Part shown: positions 1 to 12,532 of the stretch, one piece after another | Layout of the letters: the number at the start of each line of letters is the position of its first letter | How positions within the stretch are numbered: position 1 is the stretch's first letter | NCBI RefSeq assembly: GCF_024223415.1 | Contig: NZ_CP100500.1 | DNA length: 64,000 nucleotides | Direction: 5' to 3' (one strand) | Source of the DNA: Escherichia coli | GTDB lineage: Bacteria; Pseudomonadota; Gammaproteobacteria; Enterobacterales; Enterobacteriaceae | Program-made: the position numbers and the translations under genes | The notes under the pieces: model-generated | What the model was told of the DNA's origin: nothing | Database searches by the model: none | Seen by the model: the letters and a program-made list of their open reading frames with translations, nothing else

Positions 1-842
1 TGGACAGCCGCGCCGTGCATGATTTCTTTGCCAGCGAACGTATTGACCAGGTCTATCTGGCGGCGGCGAAAGTGGGCGGCATTGTTGCCAACAACACCTA
101 TCCGGCGGATTTCATCTATCAGAACATGATAATTGAGAGCAACATCATTCACGCCGCGCATCAGAACGACGTGAACAAACTGCTGTTTCTCGGATCGTCC
201 TGCATCTACCCGAAACTGGCAAAACAGCCGATGGCAGAAAGCGAGTTATTGCAGGGCACGCTGGAGCCGACCAACGAGCCTTACGCCATTGCCAAAATCG
301 CCGGGATCAAACTGTGCGAATCATACAACCGCCAGTACGGACGCGATTACCGCTCAGTCATGCCGACCAACCTGTATGGCCCGCATGACAACTTCCACCC
401 GAGTAATTCGCATGTGATCCCTGCATTGCTGCGTCGCTTCCACGAGGCGACGGCACAGAATGCACCGGACGTGGTGGTATGGGGCAGCGGTACACCGATG
501 CGTGAATTCCTGCACGTCGATGATATGGCGGCGGCGAGCATTCATGTCATGGAGCTGGCGCATGAAGTCTGGCTGGAGAACACCCAGCCGATGCTGTCGC
601 ACATTAACGTCGGCACGGGCGTTGACTGCACTATCCGCGAGCTGGCGCAAACCATCGCCAAAGTGGTGGGTTACAAAGGTCGGGTGGTTTTTGATGCCAG
701 CAAGCCGGATGGTACGCCGCGCAAACTGCTGGATGTGACGCGCCTGCATCAGCTTGGCTGGTATCACGAAATCTCACTGGAAGCGGGGCTTGCCAGCACT
801 TACCAGTGGTTCCTTGAGAATCAAGACCGCTTTCGGGGGTAA
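1..842 (+). CDS. fcl: GDP-L-fucose synthase, C-terminal part (5' end lies outside the window)
   Basis: ORF 15..842 is open to the window edge; translation recognised as the short-chain dehydrogenase/epimerase Fcl (WcaG); stop overlaps next start (TAATG). Confidence 0.9.
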   Translation, partial: DSRAVHDFFASERIDQVYLAAAKVGGIVANNTYPADFIYQNMIIESNIIHAAHQNDVNKLLFLGSSCIYPKLAKQPMAESELLQGTLEPTNEPYAIAKIAGIKLCESYNRQYGRDYRSVMPTNLYGPHDNFHPSNSHVIPALLRRFHEATAQNAPDVVVWGSGTPMREFLHVDDMAAASIHVMELAHEVWLENTQPMLSHINVGTGVDCTIRELAQTIAKVVGYKGRVVFDASKPDGTPRKLLDVTRLHQLGWYHEISLEAGLASTYQWFLENQDRFRG

Positions 843-1324
843 TGATGTTTTTACGTCAGGAAGACTTTGCCACGGTAGTGCGCTCCACTCCGCTTGTCTC
901 TCTCGACTTTATAGTCGAGAACAGTCGCGGCGAGTTTCTGCTTGGCAAAAGAACCAACCGCCCGGCGCAGGGTTACTGGTTTGTGCCGGGAGGGCGCGTG
1001 CAGAAAGACGAAACGCTGGAAGCCGCATTTGAGCGGCTGACGATGGCGGAACTGGGGCTGCGTCTGCCGATAACAGCAGGCCAGTTTTACGGTGTCTGGC
1101 AGCACTTTTATGACGATAACTTCTCTGGCACGGATTTCACCACTCACTATGTGGTGCTCGGTTTTCGCTTCAGAGTAGCGGAAGAAGAACTGTTACTGCC
1201 GGATGAGCAGCATGACGATTACCGCTGGCTGACGCCGGACGCACTGCTCGCCAGTGACAATGTTCACGCTAACAGCCGCGCCTATTTTCTCGCTGAGAAG
1301 CGTGCCGGAGTACCCGGATTATGA
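842..1324 (+). CDS. gmm: GDP-mannose mannosyl hydrolase (Nudix)
   Basis: 160-aa ORF recognised as Gmm/WcaH; annotated start may be the second ATG (845). Confidence 0.9.
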   Translation: MMFLRQEDFATVVRSTPLVSLDFIVENSRGEFLLGKRTNRPAQGYWFVPGGRVQKDETLEAAFERLTMAELGLRLPITAGQFYGVWQHFYDDNFSGTDFTTHYVVLGFRFRVAEEELLLPDEQHDDYRWLTPDALLASDNVHANSRAYFLAEKRAGVPGL

Positions 1325-2544
1325 AAATACTGGTCTACGGCATTAACTACTCGCCGGAGTTAACCGGCATCGGCAAATACACCGGCGAGATGGTGGAATG
1401 GCTGGCGGCACAAGGTCATGAGGTGCGGGTCATTACCGCACCGCCTTACTACCCGCAGTGGCAGGTGGGCGAGAACTATTCCGCCTGGCGCTACAAACGA
1501 GAAGAGGGGGCCGCCACGGTGTGGCGCTGCCCGCTGTATGTGCCAAAACAGCCGAGCACCCTGAAACGCCTGTTACATCTCGGCAGTTTTGCCGTCAGCA
1601 GTTTTTTCCCGTTGATGGCGCAACGTCGCTGGAAGCCGGATCGCATTATCGGCGTGGTGCCAACGCTGTTTTGCACGCCGGGAATGCGCCTGCTAGCGAA
1701 ACTCTCTGGCGCGTGTACCGTGCTGCATATTCAGGATTACGAAGTAGATGCCATGCTGGGGCTGGGCCTTGCCGGAAAAGGCAAAGGCGGCAAAGTGGCA
1801 CAGCTGGCAACGGCGTTCGAACGTAGCGGACTGCATAACGTCGATAACGTCTCCACGATTTCGCGTTCGATGATGAATAAAGCCATCGAAAAAGGCGTGG
1901 CGGCGGAAAGCGTCATCTTCTTCCCCAACTGGTCGGAAATCGCCCGTTTTCAGCATGTTGCAGACGCCGATGTTGATGCCCTTCGTAACCAGCTTGGCCT
2001 GCCGGATAACAAAAAAATCATTCTTTACTCCGGCAATATTGGTGAAAAGCAGGGACTGGAAAACGTTATTGAAGCTGCCGATCGCCTGCGCGATGAACCG
2101 CTGATTTTTGCCATTGTCGGGCAGGGCGGCGGCAAAGCGCGGCTGGAAAAAATGGCGCAGCAGCGTGGACTGCGCAACATGCAATTTTTCCCGCTGCAAT
2201 CGTATGACGCTTTACCCGCACTGCTGAAGATGGGCGATTGCCATCTGGTGGTGCAAAAACGCGGCGCGGCAGATGCCGTATTGCCGTCGAAACTGACCAA
2301 TATTCTGGCGGTAGGCGGTAACGCGGTGATTACCGCAGAAGCCCACACAGAACTGGGGCAGCTTTGCGAAACCTTTCCGGGCATTGCGGTTTGCGTAGAG
2401 CCGGAATCGGTCGAGGCGCTGGTGGCGGGGATTCGTCAGGCGCTCCTGCTGCCCAAACACAACACGGTGGCACGTGAATATGCCGAACGCACGCTCGATA
2501 AAGAGAACGTGTTACGTCAATTTATAAATGATATTCGGGGATAA
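1321..2544 (+). CDS. wcaI: colanic acid biosynthesis glycosyltransferase WcaI
   Basis: 407-aa ORF, GT-B-like glycosyltransferase at the conserved wca position; 4-nt overlap with gmm. Confidence 0.85.
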   Translation: MKILVYGINYSPELTGIGKYTGEMVEWLAAQGHEVRVITAPPYYPQWQVGENYSAWRYKREEGAATVWRCPLYVPKQPSTLKRLLHLGSFAVSSFFPLMAQRRWKPDRIIGVVPTLFCTPGMRLLAKLSGACTVLHIQDYEVDAMLGLGLAGKGKGGKVAQLATAFERSGLHNVDNVSTISRSMMNKAIEKGVAAESVIFFPNWSEIARFQHVADADVDALRNQLGLPDNKKIILYSGNIGEKQGLENVIEAADRLRDEPLIFAIVGQGGGKARLEKMAQQRGLRNMQFFPLQSYDALPALLKMGDCHLVVQKRGAADAVLPSKLTNILAVGGNAVITAEAHTELGQLCETFPGIAVCVEPESVEALVAGIRQALLLPKHNTVAREYAERTLDKENVLRQFINDIRG

Positions 2545-2546
2545 TT

Positions 2547-3983
2547 ATGGCGCAGTCGAAACTCTATCCAGTTGTGATGGCAGGTGGCTCCGGTAGCCGC
2601 TTATGGCCGCTTTCCCGCGTACTTTACCCCAAGCAGTTTTTATGCCTGAAAGGCGATCTCACCATGCTGCAAACCACCATCTGCCGCCTGAACGGCGTGG
2701 AGTGCGAAAGCCCGGTGGTGATTTGCAATGAGCAGCACCGCTTTATTGTCGCGGAACAGCTGCGTCAACTGAACAAACTCACCGAGAACATTATTCTCGA
2801 ACCTGCAGGGCGTAACACTGCACCGGCCATTGCGCTGGCGGCGCTGGCGGCAAAACGTCATAGCCCGGAGAACGACCCGTTAATGCTGGTGCTGGCGGCG
2901 GATCATGTAATTGCCGATGAAGACGCGTTCCGTGCCGCCGTGCGTAATGCCATGCCATATGCCGAAGCGGGCAAGCTGGTGACCTTTGGCATTGTGCCGG
3001 ATCTACCAGAAACCGGTTATGGCTATATTCGTCGCGGTGAAGTGTCTGCGGGTGAGCAGGATACGGTGGCCTTTGAAGTGGCGCAGTTTGTCGAAAAACC
3101 GAATCTGGAAACCGCGCAGGCCTATGTGGCAAGCGGCGAATATTACTGGAACAGCGGCATGTTCCTGTTCCGCGCCGGACGCTATCTCGAAGAACTGAAA
3201 AAATATCGCCCGGATATCCTCGATGCCTGCGAAAAAGCGATGAGCGCCGTCGATCCGGATCTCGATTTTATTCGCGTGGATGAAGAAGCGTTTCTCGCCT
3301 GCCCGGAAGAGTCGGTGGATTACGCGGTCATGGAACGTACGGCAGATGCCGTTGTGGTGCCGATGGATGCGGGCTGGAGCGATGTCGGTTCCTGGTCCTC
3401 TTTATGGGAGATCAGTGCCCACACCGCCGAGGGCAACGTTTGCCATGGCGATGTGATTAATCACAAAACTGAAAACAGCTATGTGTATGCCGAATCTGGC
3501 CTCGTAACCACCGTCGGGGTGAAAGATCTGGTAGTGGTGCAGACCAAAGATGCGGTGCTGATTGCCGACCGTAACGCGGTGCAGGATGTGAAAAAAGTGG
3601 TCGAGCAGATCAAAGCCGATGGTCGCCATGAGCATCGGGTACATCGCGAAGTCTATCGCCCGTGGGGCAAATATGACTCTATCGACGCGGGCGACCGCTA
3701 CCAGGTGAAACGCATCACCGTGAAACCGGGCGAAGGCTTGTCGGTACAGATGCACCATCACCGCGCGGAACACTGGGTGGTTGTCGCGGGAACGGCAAAA
3801 GTCACTATTGACGGTGATATCAAACTGCTTGGTGAAAACGAGTCGATTTATATTCCGCTGGGGGCGACGCACTGCCTGGAAAACCCGGGGAAAATTCCGC
3901 TCGATTTAATTGAAGTGCGCTCCGGCTCTTATCTCGAAGAGGATGATGTGGTGCGCTTCGCGGATCGCTACGGACGGGTGTAG
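2547..3983 (+). CDS. manC: mannose-1-phosphate guanylyltransferase
   Basis: 478-aa ORF with N-terminal nucleotidyltransferase signature ([13 protein letters not shown]) and C-terminal cupin region; cpsB position. Confidence 0.9.
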   Translation: MAQSKLYPVVMAGGSGSRLWPLSRVLYPKQFLCLKGDLTMLQTTICRLNGVECESPVVICNEQHRFIVAEQLRQLNKLTENIILEPAGRNTAPAIALAALAAKRHSPENDPLMLVLAADHVIADEDAFRAAVRNAMPYAEAGKLVTFGIVPDLPETGYGYIRRGEVSAGEQDTVAFEVAQFVEKPNLETAQAYVASGEYYWNSGMFLFRAGRYLEELKKYRPDILDACEKAMSAVDPDLDFIRVDEEAFLACPEESVDYAVMERTADAVVVPMDAGWSDVGSWSSLWEISAHTAEGNVCHGDVINHKTENSYVYAESGLVTTVGVKDLVVVQTKDAVLIADRNAVQDVKKVVEQIKADGRHEHRVHREVYRPWGKYDSIDAGDRYQVKRITVKPGEGLSVQMHHHRAEHWVVVAGTAKVTIDGDIKLLGENESIYIPLGATHCLENPGKIPLDLIEVRSGSYLEEDDVVRFADRYGRV

Positions 3984-4084
3984 CAGTTGAATAATCAACC
4001 GGATTAATTCTCCGGTAAATAACGACAAAAACAAAATTGGCCATTTCGGTCAGGGCCAACTATTGCCTGAAAAAGGGTAACGAT

Positions 4085-5455
4085 ATGAAAAAATTAACCT
4101 GCTTTAAAGCCTATGATATTCGCGGAAAATTAGGCGAAGAACTGAATGAAGATATCGCCTGGCGCATTGGTCGCGCCTATGGCGAATTTCTCAAACCGAA
4201 AACCATTGTGTTAGGCGGTGATGTCCGCCTCACCAGCGAAACCTTAAAACTGGCGCTGGCGAAAGGTTTACAGGATGCGGGCGTCGATGTGCTGGATATC
4301 GGCATGTCCGGCACCGAAGAGATCTATTTCGCCACGTTCCATCTCGGCGTGGATGGCGGCATCGAAGTTACCGCCAGCCATAATCCGATGGATTATAACG
4401 GCATGAAACTGGTGCGCGAAGGGGCTCACCCGATCAGCGGTGATACCGGACTGCGCGACGTCCAGCGTCTGGCTGAAGCCAACGACTTTCCTCCCGTCGA
4501 TGAAACCAAACGCGGTCGCTATCAGCAAATCAACCTGCGTGATGCATACGTTGATCACCTTTTCGGTTATATCAATGTCAAAAACCTTACTCCGCTGAAG
4601 CTTGTGATCAACTCCGGAAACGGCGCAGCGGGTCCGGTAGTGGACGCCATTGAAGCTCGCTTTAAAGCCCTCGGCGCACCCGTGGAATTGATCAAAGTGC
4701 ACAACACGCCCGACGGGAATTTCCCCAACGGTATTCCTAACCCGCTGCTGCCAGAATGTCGCGACGACACCCGCAATGCGGTCATCAAACACGGCGCGGA
4801 TATGGGCATTGCCTTTGATGGCGATTTTGACCGCTGTTTCCTGTTTGACGAAAAAGGGCAGTTTATCGAGGGCTACTACATTGTCGGCCTGCTGGCAGAA
4901 GCGTTCCTCGAAAAAAATCCCGGCGCGAAGATCATCCACGATCCACGTCTCTCCTGGAACACCGTTGATGTGGTGACTGCCGCAGGCGGCACCCCGGTAA
5001 TGTCGAAAACCGGACACGCCTTTATTAAAGAACGTATGCGCAAGGAAGACGCCATCTACGGTGGCGAAATGAGCGCCCACCATTACTTCCGTGATTTCGC
5101 TTACTGCGACAGCGGCATGATCCCGTGGCTGCTGGTCGCTGAACTGGTGTGCCTGAAAGGGAAAACGCTGGGCGAACTGGTGCGCGACCGGATGGCAGCG
5201 TTTCCGGCAAGCGGTGAGATCAACAGCAAACTGGCGCACCCCGTTGAGGCGATTAACCGCGTCGAACAGCATTTTAGCCGTGAGGCGCTGGCGGTGGATC
5301 GCACCGATGGCATCAGCATGACCTTTGCCGACTGGCGCTTTAACCTGCGCTCCTCCAACACCGAACCGGTGGTGCGGTTGAATGTGGAATCGCGCGGCGA
5401 TGTACCGCTGATGGAAGCGCGAACGCGAACTCTGCTGACGTTGCTGAACGAGTAA
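4085..5455 (+). CDS. manB: phosphomannomutase
   Basis: ORF 4037..5455; likely start at [14 protein letters not shown] (4085); phosphohexomutase motif TASHNP present. Confidence 0.9.
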   Translation: MKKLTCFKAYDIRGKLGEELNEDIAWRIGRAYGEFLKPKTIVLGGDVRLTSETLKLALAKGLQDAGVDVLDIGMSGTEEIYFATFHLGVDGGIEVTASHNPMDYNGMKLVREGAHPISGDTGLRDVQRLAEANDFPPVDETKRGRYQQINLRDAYVDHLFGYINVKNLTPLKLVINSGNGAAGPVVDAIEARFKALGAPVELIKVHNTPDGNFPNGIPNPLLPECRDDTRNAVIKHGADMGIAFDGDFDRCFLFDEKGQFIEGYYIVGLLAEAFLEKNPGAKIIHDPRLSWNTVDVVTAAGGTPVMSKTGHAFIKERMRKEDAIYGGEMSAHHYFRDFAYCDSGMIPWLLVAELVCLKGKTLGELVRDRMAAFPASGEINSKLAHPVEAINRVEQHFSREALAVDRTDGISMTFADWRFNLRSSNTEPVVRLNVESRGDVPLMEARTRTLLTLLNE

Positions 5456-5509
5456 TGTCGGATCTTCCCTTACCCCACTGCGGGTAAGGGGCTAATAACA
5501 GGAACAACG

Positions 5510-6904
5510 ATGACAAATCTAAAAAAGCGCGAGCGAGCGAAAACCAATGCATCGTTAATCTCTATGGTGCAACGCTTTTCAGATATCACCATCATGTTTG
5601 CCGGACTATGGCTGGTTTGCGAAGTGAGCGGACTGTCATTCCTCTACATGCACCTGTTGGTGGCGCTGATTACGCTGGTGGTGTTCCAGATGCTGGGTGG
5701 CATCACCGATTTTTATCGCTCATGGCGCGGTGTTCGGACAGCGACAGAATTTGCCCTGTTGCTACAAAACTGGACGTTAAGCGTGATTTTCAGCGCCGGA
5801 CTGGTGGCGTTCAACAATGATTTCGACACGCAACTGAAAATCTGGCTGGCGTGGTATGGGCTGACCAGCATCGGACTGGTGGTTTGCCGTTCATGTATTC
5901 GCATTGGGGCGGGCTGGCTGCGTAATCATGGCTATAACAAGCGGATGGTCGCGGTGGCGGGGGATTTAGCCGCCGGACAAATGCTGATGGAGAGCTTCCG
6001 TAATCAGCCGTGGTTAGGGTTTGAAGTGGTGGGCGTATACCACGACCCAAAACCGGGCGGCGTTTCTAACGACTGGGCGGGCAATCTGCAACAGCTGGTA
6101 GAGGATGCAAAAGCGGGCAAGATTCATAACGTCTATATCGCGATGCAGATGTGCGACGGCGCGCGAGTGAAAAAACTGGTCCATCAACTGGCGGACACCA
6201 CCTGTTCGGTGCTGCTGATCCCCGATGTCTTTACCTTCAACATTCTCCATTCCCGTATCGAAGAGATGAACGGCGTACCGGTGGTGCCGCTTTACGACAC
6301 GCCGCTTTCCGGGGTTAACCGCCTGCTCAAACGTGCGGAAGATATTGTGCTGGCAACGCTGATCCTGCTGCTGATCTCCCCGGTGCTGTGCTGTATTGCG
6401 CTGGCGGTAAAACTCAGTTCACCAGGGCCGGTTATTTTTCGCCAGACTCGCTACGGCATGGATGGCAAGCCGATCAAAGTGTGGAAGTTCCGTTCGATGA
6501 AAGTGATGGAGAACGACAAAGTGGTGACCCAGGCGACGCAGAACGATCCGCGCGTCACCAAAGTGGGGAACTTTCTGCGCCGCACCTCGCTGGACGAATT
6601 GCCGCAGTTTATCAATGTGCTGACCGGGGGGATGTCGATTGTCGGTCCACGTCCGCACGCGGTGGCGCATAACGAACAGTATCGACAGCTCATTGAAGGC
6701 TACATGCTGCGCCATAAGGTGAAACCGGGCATTACCGGCTGGGCGCAGATTAACGGCTGGCGCGGCGAAACCGACACACTGGAGAAAATGGAAAAACGCG
6801 TCGAGTTCGACCTTGAGTACATCCGCGAATGGAGCGTCTGGTTCGATATCAAAATCGTTTTCCTGACGGTATTCAAGGGCTTCGTTAACAAAGCGGCATA
6901 TTGA
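5510..6904 (+). CDS. wcaJ: undecaprenyl-phosphate glucose phosphotransferase
   Basis: 464-aa ORF with N-terminal TM segments and C-terminal sugar-transferase domain (PRPHAV... region). Confidence 0.9.
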   Translation: MTNLKKRERAKTNASLISMVQRFSDITIMFAGLWLVCEVSGLSFLYMHLLVALITLVVFQMLGGITDFYRSWRGVRTATEFALLLQNWTLSVIFSAGLVAFNNDFDTQLKIWLAWYGLTSIGLVVCRSCIRIGAGWLRNHGYNKRMVAVAGDLAAGQMLMESFRNQPWLGFEVVGVYHDPKPGGVSNDWAGNLQQLVEDAKAGKIHNVYIAMQMCDGARVKKLVHQLADTTCSVLLIPDVFTFNILHSRIEEMNGVPVVPLYDTPLSGVNRLLKRAEDIVLATLILLLISPVLCCIALAVKLSSPGPVIFRQTRYGMDGKPIKVWKFRSMKVMENDKVVTQATQNDPRVTKVGNFLRRTSLDELPQFINVLTGGMSIVGPRPHAVAHNEQYRQLIEGYMLRHKVKPGITGWAQINGWRGETDTLEKMEKRVEFDLEYIREWSVWFDIKIVFLTVFKGFVNKAAY

Positions 6905-6905
6905 T

Positions 6906-8384
6906 ATGAGCTTACGTGAAAAAACCATCAGCGGCGCGAAGTGGTCGGCGATTGCCACGGTGATCATCATCGGCCTCGGGTTGGTGCAGATGACCGTGCT
7001 GGCGCGGATTATCGACAACCACCAGTTCGGTTTGCTTACCGTGTCGCTGGTGATCATCGCGCTGGCAGATACGCTTTCTGACTTCGGTATCGCTAACTCG
7101 ATTATTCAGCGAAAAGAAATCAGCCACCTTGAACTCACCACGTTGTACTGGCTGAACGTCGGGCTGGGGATCGTGGTGTGCGTGGCGGTGTTTTTGTTGA
7201 GTGATGCCATTGGCGACGTGCTGAATAACCCGGACCTGGCACCGTTGATTAAAACATTGTCGCTGGCGTTTGTGGTGATCCCCCACGGGCAACAGTTCCG
7301 CGCGTTGATGCAGAAGGAGCTGGAGTTCAACAAAATCGGCATGATCGAAACCAGCGCGGTGCTGGCGGGCTTCACTTTTACTGTGGTTAGCGCCCATTTC
7401 TGGCCGCTGGCGATGACTGCGATCCTCGGTTATCTGGTCAATAGTGCGGTGAGAACGCTGCTGTTTGGCTACTTTGGTAGCAAAATTTATCGTCCCGGTC
7501 TGCATTTCTCGCTGGCGTCGGTGGCACCAAACTTACGCTTTGGTGCCTGGCTGACGGCGGACAGCATTATCAACTATCTCAATACCAACCTTTCAACGCT
7601 GGTGCTGGCGCGTATTCTCGGCGCGGGCGTGGCAGGGGGATACAACCTGGCGTACAACGTGGCCGTTGTGCCGCCGATGAAACTGAACCCCATCATCACC
7701 CGCGTGTTGTTTCCGGCGTTTGCCAAAATTCAGGACGACACCGAAAAGCTGCGCGTCAACTTCTACAAGCTGCTGTCGGTGGTGGGGATTATCAACTTTC
7801 CGGCGCTGCTGGGGCTGATGGTGGTGTCGAATAACTTTGTACCGCTGGTCTTTGGTGAGAATTGGAACAGCATTATTCCGGTGCTGCAAATGCTGTGTGT
7901 GGTGGGGCTGCTGCGCTCAGTGGGGAACCCGATTGGTTCGCTGCTGATGGCGAAAGCGCGGGTCGATATCAGCTTTAAATTCAACGTATTCAAAACCTTT
8001 CTGTTTATTCCGGCGATTGTTATTGGTGGGCAGATGGCGGGCGCAATCGGCGTCACGCTCGGCTTCCTGCTGGTGCAGATTATCAACACCATTCTGAGCT
8101 ATTTCGTGATGATTAAACCGGTGCTCGGTTCCAGTTATCGCCAGTACATCCTGAGTTTATGGCTGCCGTTTTATCTCTCGCTGCCGACGCTGGTGGTTAG
8201 TTATGCGTTGGGCATTGTACTGAAAGGGCAACTGGCGCTGGGGATGCTGCTGGCGGTGCAAATAGCCGCAGGCGCGCTGGCGTTTGTGGTGATGATTGTG
8301 CTATCGCGCCATCCGCTGGTGGTGGAAGTGAAGCGTCAGTTTTGTCGCAGCGAAAAAATGAAAATGCTTTTACGGGCGGGGTGA
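6906..8384 (+). CDS. wzxC: colanic acid repeat-unit flippase
   Basis: 492-aa polytopic membrane protein at the conserved wzxC position. Confidence 0.85.
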   Translation: MSLREKTISGAKWSAIATVIIIGLGLVQMTVLARIIDNHQFGLLTVSLVIIALADTLSDFGIANSIIQRKEISHLELTTLYWLNVGLGIVVCVAVFLLSDAIGDVLNNPDLAPLIKTLSLAFVVIPHGQQFRALMQKELEFNKIGMIETSAVLAGFTFTVVSAHFWPLAMTAILGYLVNSAVRTLLFGYFGSKIYRPGLHFSLASVAPNLRFGAWLTADSIINYLNTNLSTLVLARILGAGVAGGYNLAYNVAVVPPMKLNPIITRVLFPAFAKIQDDTEKLRVNFYKLLSVVGIINFPALLGLMVVSNNFVPLVFGENWNSIIPVLQMLCVVGLLRSVGNPIGSLLMAKARVDISFKFNVFKTFLFIPAIVIGGQMAGAIGVTLGFLLVQIINTILSYFVMIKPVLGSSYRQYILSLWLPFYLSLPTLVVSYALGIVLKGQLALGMLLAVQIAAGALAFVVMIVLSRHPLVVEVKRQFCRSEKMKMLLRAG

Positions 8385-8455
8385 GTTGTTGTTTTCGGTT
8401 CCGGCAACAAAAACAACAACATAACCTCACCTGGCATCAAATTTATGAGGAAAAA

Positions 8456-9736
8456 ATGAAATTACTTATTCTGGGCAACCACACTTGCGGCAATCGTGGC
8501 GACAGCGCCATCTTGCGCGGCTTACTTGATGCCATCAACATCCTCAATCCACATGCCGAAGTGGACGTGATGAGCCGCTATCCGGTCAGTTCTTCCTGGC
8601 TGCTCAACCGCCCGGTAATGGGCGATCCGCTGTTCCTGCAAATGAAACAACACAACAGCGCGGCGGGCGTTGTCGGGCGCGTTAAAAAAGCCCTCCGTCG
8701 CCGCTATCAGCACCAGGTATTGCTCTCGCGCGTCACCGACACTGGCAAGCTGCGTAATATCGCCATCGCCCAGGGATTCACCGACTTCGTGCGCTTGCTG
8801 TCAGGCTACGACGCCATTATTCAGGTCGGCGGATCGTTTTTTGTCGATCTCTATGGCGTGCCACAGTTTGAACATGCGCTTTGCACATTTATGGCGAAAA
8901 AGCCGCTGTTTATGATTGGTCACAGCGTCGGCCCCTTCCAGGATGAGCAATTTAACCAACTGGCGAACTACGTATTCGGTCACTGCGACGCGCTGCTCCT
9001 GCGCGAATCGGTCAGCCTTGATTTGATGAAACGCAGCAATATCACTACCGCAAAAGTGGAACATGGCGTCGATACCGCGTGGCTGGTCGATCACCACACC
9101 GAAGATTTCACCGCCAGCTATGCCGTTCAACACTGGCTGGACGTTGCCGCACAACAGAAAACGGTAGCAATTACCCTGCGCGAACTGGCACCGTTCGACA
9201 AACGTCTCGGCACCACTCAACAAGCGTATGAAAAAGCCTTTGCCGGGGTGATCAATCGCATTCTCGACGAAGGCTATCAGGTGATTGCGCTTTCCACCTG
9301 TACGGGCATCGACAGTTATAACAAAGACGATCGCATGGTGGCGCTCAATCTGCGCCAGCACATCAGCGATCCTGCCCGTTACCACGTAGTGATGGATGAA
9401 CTCAACGATCTGGAAATGGGCAAAATTCTCGGAGCCTGTGAACTCACCGTCGGTACGCGCCTGCACTCCGCCATTATCTCGATGAATTTTGCCACTCCGG
9501 CAATTGCCATCAACTACGAACATAAATCCGCCGGGATTATGCAACAACTGGGGCTGCCAGAGATGGCGATTGATATCCGTCATTTACTGGACGGCAGCTT
9601 GCAAGCGATGGTTGCGGATACCTTAGGCCAACTTCCGGCGCTGAACGCGCGACTTAACGAAGCCGTCAGTCGCGAACGTCAGACGGGAATGCAGATGGTG
9701 CAATCTGTGCTTGAGCGCATCGGGGAGGCGAAATGA
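8456..9736 (+). CDS. wcaK: colanic acid pyruvyl transferase WcaK
   Basis: ORF 8342..9736; probable start at MKLLILGNHTCGNRGD (8456), giving 426 aa; polysaccharide pyruvyl transferase family. Confidence 0.85.
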   Translation: MKLLILGNHTCGNRGDSAILRGLLDAINILNPHAEVDVMSRYPVSSSWLLNRPVMGDPLFLQMKQHNSAAGVVGRVKKALRRRYQHQVLLSRVTDTGKLRNIAIAQGFTDFVRLLSGYDAIIQVGGSFFVDLYGVPQFEHALCTFMAKKPLFMIGHSVGPFQDEQFNQLANYVFGHCDALLLRESVSLDLMKRSNITTAKVEHGVDTAWLVDHHTEDFTASYAVQHWLDVAAQQKTVAITLRELAPFDKRLGTTQQAYEKAFAGVINRILDEGYQVIALSTCTGIDSYNKDDRMVALNLRQHISDPARYHVVMDELNDLEMGKILGACELTVGTRLHSAIISMNFATPAIAINYEHKSAGIMQQLGLPEMAIDIRHLLDGSLQAMVADTLGQLPALNARLNEAVSRERQTGMQMVQSVLERIGEAK

Positions 9737-10953
9737 AGGTCGGCTTCTTTTTACTGAAATTTCCGCTGTCGTCGGAAACTTTCGTCCTCAACCAAATTAC
9801 CGCGTTTATTGATATGGGATTTGAGGTGGAGATTGTCGCGCTGCAAAAAGGCGATACAGAGAACACCCACGCGGCATGGACGAAATACAACCTTGCCGCC
9901 AGAACCCGCTGGTTACAGGACGAACCAACGGGCAAAGTGGCGAAGCTGCGCCACCGCGCCAGCCAGACCTTACGCGGCATTCATCGTAAAAATACCTGGC
10001 AGGCGCTCAACCTCAAACGCTATGGTGCCGAGTCGCGGAACCTGATTTTGTCTGCCATTTGCGGTCAGGTCGTAACACCGTTACATGCCGATGTCTTTAT
10101 CGCGCACTTTGGTCCGGCAGGGGTAACCGCAGCAAAACTCCGCGAACTGGGTGTCATTCGCGGCAAAATTGCCACCATTTTCCACGGCATTGATATTTCC
10201 AGTCGGGAAGTGCTCAACCACTACACTCCCGAATATCAACAACTGTTTCGCCGTGGCGACCTGATGCTACCGATAAGCGATCTGTGGGCCGGAAGGCTGC
10301 AAAAAATGGGCTGCCCGAGGGAAAAAATCGCCGTATCGCGCATGGGCGTGGACATGACGCGCTTTAGCCCGCGTCCGGTGAAAGCGCCTGCAACGCCGCT
10401 GGAAATCATTTCCGTCGCACGCTTAACCGAGAAAAAAGGCCTGCATGTGGCGATCGAAGCCTGCCGTCAGTTGAAAGAGCAGGGCGTGGCATTTCGCTAT
10501 CGCATCCTCGGCATTGGCCCGTGGGAACGACGCCTGCGCACCCTCATCGAACAATATCAACTGGAAGATGTGGTAGAGATGCCGGGCTTTAAACCGAGCC
10601 ACGAAGTGAAAGCGATCCTCGACGACGCGGATGTCTTCCTCCTGCCATCGGTAACGGGCGCGGATGGCGATATGGAAGGTATTCCGGTGGCGCTGATGGA
10701 GGCGATGGCGGTCGGCATTCCGGTGGTTTCTACTCTGCACAGCGGAATACCGGAACTGGTAGAGGCCGATAAATCCGGCTGGCTGGTGCCTGAGAACGAT
10801 TCTCGCGCACTGGCGCAACGACTGGCGGCGTTTAGCCAACTGGACACCGACGAACTGGCTCCGGTCGTCAAACGTGCGCGCGAAAAAGTTGAACACGATT
10901 TTAACCAGCAGGTGATCAATCGAGAACTCGTCAGCTTGCTGCAAGCTTTATAG
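9733..10953 (+). CDS. wcaL: colanic acid glycosyltransferase WcaL
   Basis: 406-aa GT family 1/4-like ORF; 4-nt overlap with wcaK. Confidence 0.85.
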   Translation: MKVGFFLLKFPLSSETFVLNQITAFIDMGFEVEIVALQKGDTENTHAAWTKYNLAARTRWLQDEPTGKVAKLRHRASQTLRGIHRKNTWQALNLKRYGAESRNLILSAICGQVVTPLHADVFIAHFGPAGVTAAKLRELGVIRGKIATIFHGIDISSREVLNHYTPEYQQLFRRGDLMLPISDLWAGRLQKMGCPREKIAVSRMGVDMTRFSPRPVKAPATPLEIISVARLTEKKGLHVAIEACRQLKEQGVAFRYRILGIGPWERRLRTLIEQYQLEDVVEMPGFKPSHEVKAILDDADVFLLPSVTGADGDMEGIPVALMEAMAVGIPVVSTLHSGIPELVEADKSGWLVPENDSRALAQRLAAFSQLDTDELAPVVKRAREKVEHDFNQQVINRELVSLLQAL

Positions 10954-10963
10954 AGGAGAACGC

Positions 10964-12358
10964 ATGCCATTTAAAAAACTCTCCCGACGCACCTTCCTGA
11001 CGGCAAGCTCCGCGCTTGCCTTCCTTCATACGCCTTTCGCCCGAGCACTTCCTGCCCGGCAAAGCGTTAACATTAACGACTACAACCCACACGACTGGAT
11101 TGCTTCATTTAAACAAGCCTTCAGCGAAGGGCAAACGGTCGTCGTGCCTGCCGGATTCGTTTGTGACAATATCAACACCGGCATCTTCATTCCTGCAGGT
11201 AAAACGTTACACATCCTTGGAAGCCTGCGCGGTAACGGCAGAGGGCGATTTGTCTTACAGGACGGCAGCCAGGTGACAGGGGAGGAGGGCGGCAGTATGC
11301 ATAACATCACCCTGGATGTGCGCGGCTCTGACTGCACCATCAAAGGGCTGGCGATGAGCGGCTTTGGTCCGGTAACGCAGATTTATATCGGCGGCAAAAA
11401 CAAACGGGTCATGCGCAACCTGACCATCGATAACCTCACTGTCAGCCACGCTAATTACGCCATCTTACGCCAGGGATTTCATAACCAGATTATCGCTGCC
11501 AACATCACCAACTGTAAGTTCAGCGACTTACAGGGCGACGCCATTGAATGGAATGTGGCGATTAACGACCGCGATATTTTGATATCCGACCACATCATCG
11601 AGCGCATCAACTGTACCAACGGCAAAATCAACTGGGGCATCGGCATAGGCCTTGCGGGAAGCACTTACGATAATAATTACCCGGAAGATCAGGCAGTGAA
11701 AAACTTTGTCGTGGCGAATATCACGGGATCGGATTGTCGACAGTTGATCCATGTTGAAAATGGTAAACATTTTGTTATTCGTAATATCAAAGCCCGCAAT
11801 ATCACGCCGGATTTCAGTAAGAAAGCAGGCATTGATAACGCCACGGTCGCTATTTACGGTTGTGACAATTTCGTGATTGATAATATTGAAATGATTAATA
11901 GCGCCGGGATGTTAATCGGCTATGGGGTAATTAAAGGCAAATATCTCTCGATACCGCAAAATTTCCGAGTGAGTAATATTCAACTGGATAATACCCACCT
12001 TGCTTACAAATTGCGCGGCATCCAAATCTCCGCCGGGAATGCCGTCTCCTTTGTGGCACTGACTAACATTGAGATGAAGCGTGCGTCGCTGGCGCTTCAC
12101 AATAAACCGCAACATCTTTTTATGCGAAATATCAATGTGATGCAGGAATCCACTGTTGGACCCGCACTGAGCATGAACTTCGACATGCGCAAAGACGTAC
12201 GAGGTGTCTTTATGGCGAAAAAAGAAACACTCCTGTCTCTTGCAAATGTTCATGCGGTGAATGAAAAAGGGCAAAGCTCCGTCGATATCGACAGGGTTAA
12301 TCACCATATTGTTAATGTGGAAAAGATTAACTTTAGATTGCCGGAACGGAGGGAGTAG
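10964..12358 (+). CDS. wcaM: colanic acid biosynthesis protein WcaM
   Basis: 464-aa ORF with signal-like N-terminus (Tat-like [13 protein letters not shown]); last gene of the wca cluster. Confidence 0.8.
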   Translation: MPFKKLSRRTFLTASSALAFLHTPFARALPARQSVNINDYNPHDWIASFKQAFSEGQTVVVPAGFVCDNINTGIFIPAGKTLHILGSLRGNGRGRFVLQDGSQVTGEEGGSMHNITLDVRGSDCTIKGLAMSGFGPVTQIYIGGKNKRVMRNLTIDNLTVSHANYAILRQGFHNQIIAANITNCKFSDLQGDAIEWNVAINDRDILISDHIIERINCTNGKINWGIGIGLAGSTYDNNYPEDQAVKNFVVANITGSDCRQLIHVENGKHFVIRNIKARNITPDFSKKAGIDNATVAIYGCDNFVIDNIEMINSAGMLIGYGVIKGKYLSIPQNFRVSNIQLDNTHLAYKLRGIQISAGNAVSFVALTNIEMKRASLALHNKPQHLFMRNINVMQESTVGPALSMNFDMRKDVRGVFMAKKETLLSLANVHAVNEKGQSSVDIDRVNHHIVNVEKINFRLPERRE

Positions 12359-12532
12359 ATTTGCGACCATTCCTGGAAAAATGGATCCATACTTAGGAAC
12401 AATGCTACTGCAATCCACAACGAAGCGGCGTAACATCACAAGTAATTCAGTAATCAATTCAGGGTAATTGATGCTGGCGAAAAAAATCGAACAAGCTATA
12501 ATTCAGCAACCATTTTACAGGTGGATGAAATA

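Noticed and set aside
4268-5272. 334-aa minus-strand ORF inside manB
   Set aside because: Antisense to a clearly recognised phosphomannomutase gene in GC-rich DNA; no motif of its own.
5468-5497. Palindrome CCTTACCCC-N-GGGGTAAGG between manB and wcaJ
   Set aside because: Hairpin without a following T-run; could be a REP-like or processing element but cannot be classified from sequence alone.
8342-8455. 38-codon N-terminal extension of wcaK overlapping the end of wzxC
   Set aside because: The conserved WcaK N-terminus starts at MKLLILGNH; the extension is just the open frame upstream of the real start.
8801-9583. 260-aa minus-strand ORF inside wcaK
   Set aside because: Antisense to the recognised pyruvyl transferase gene; typical spurious long ORF in high-GC coding sequence.
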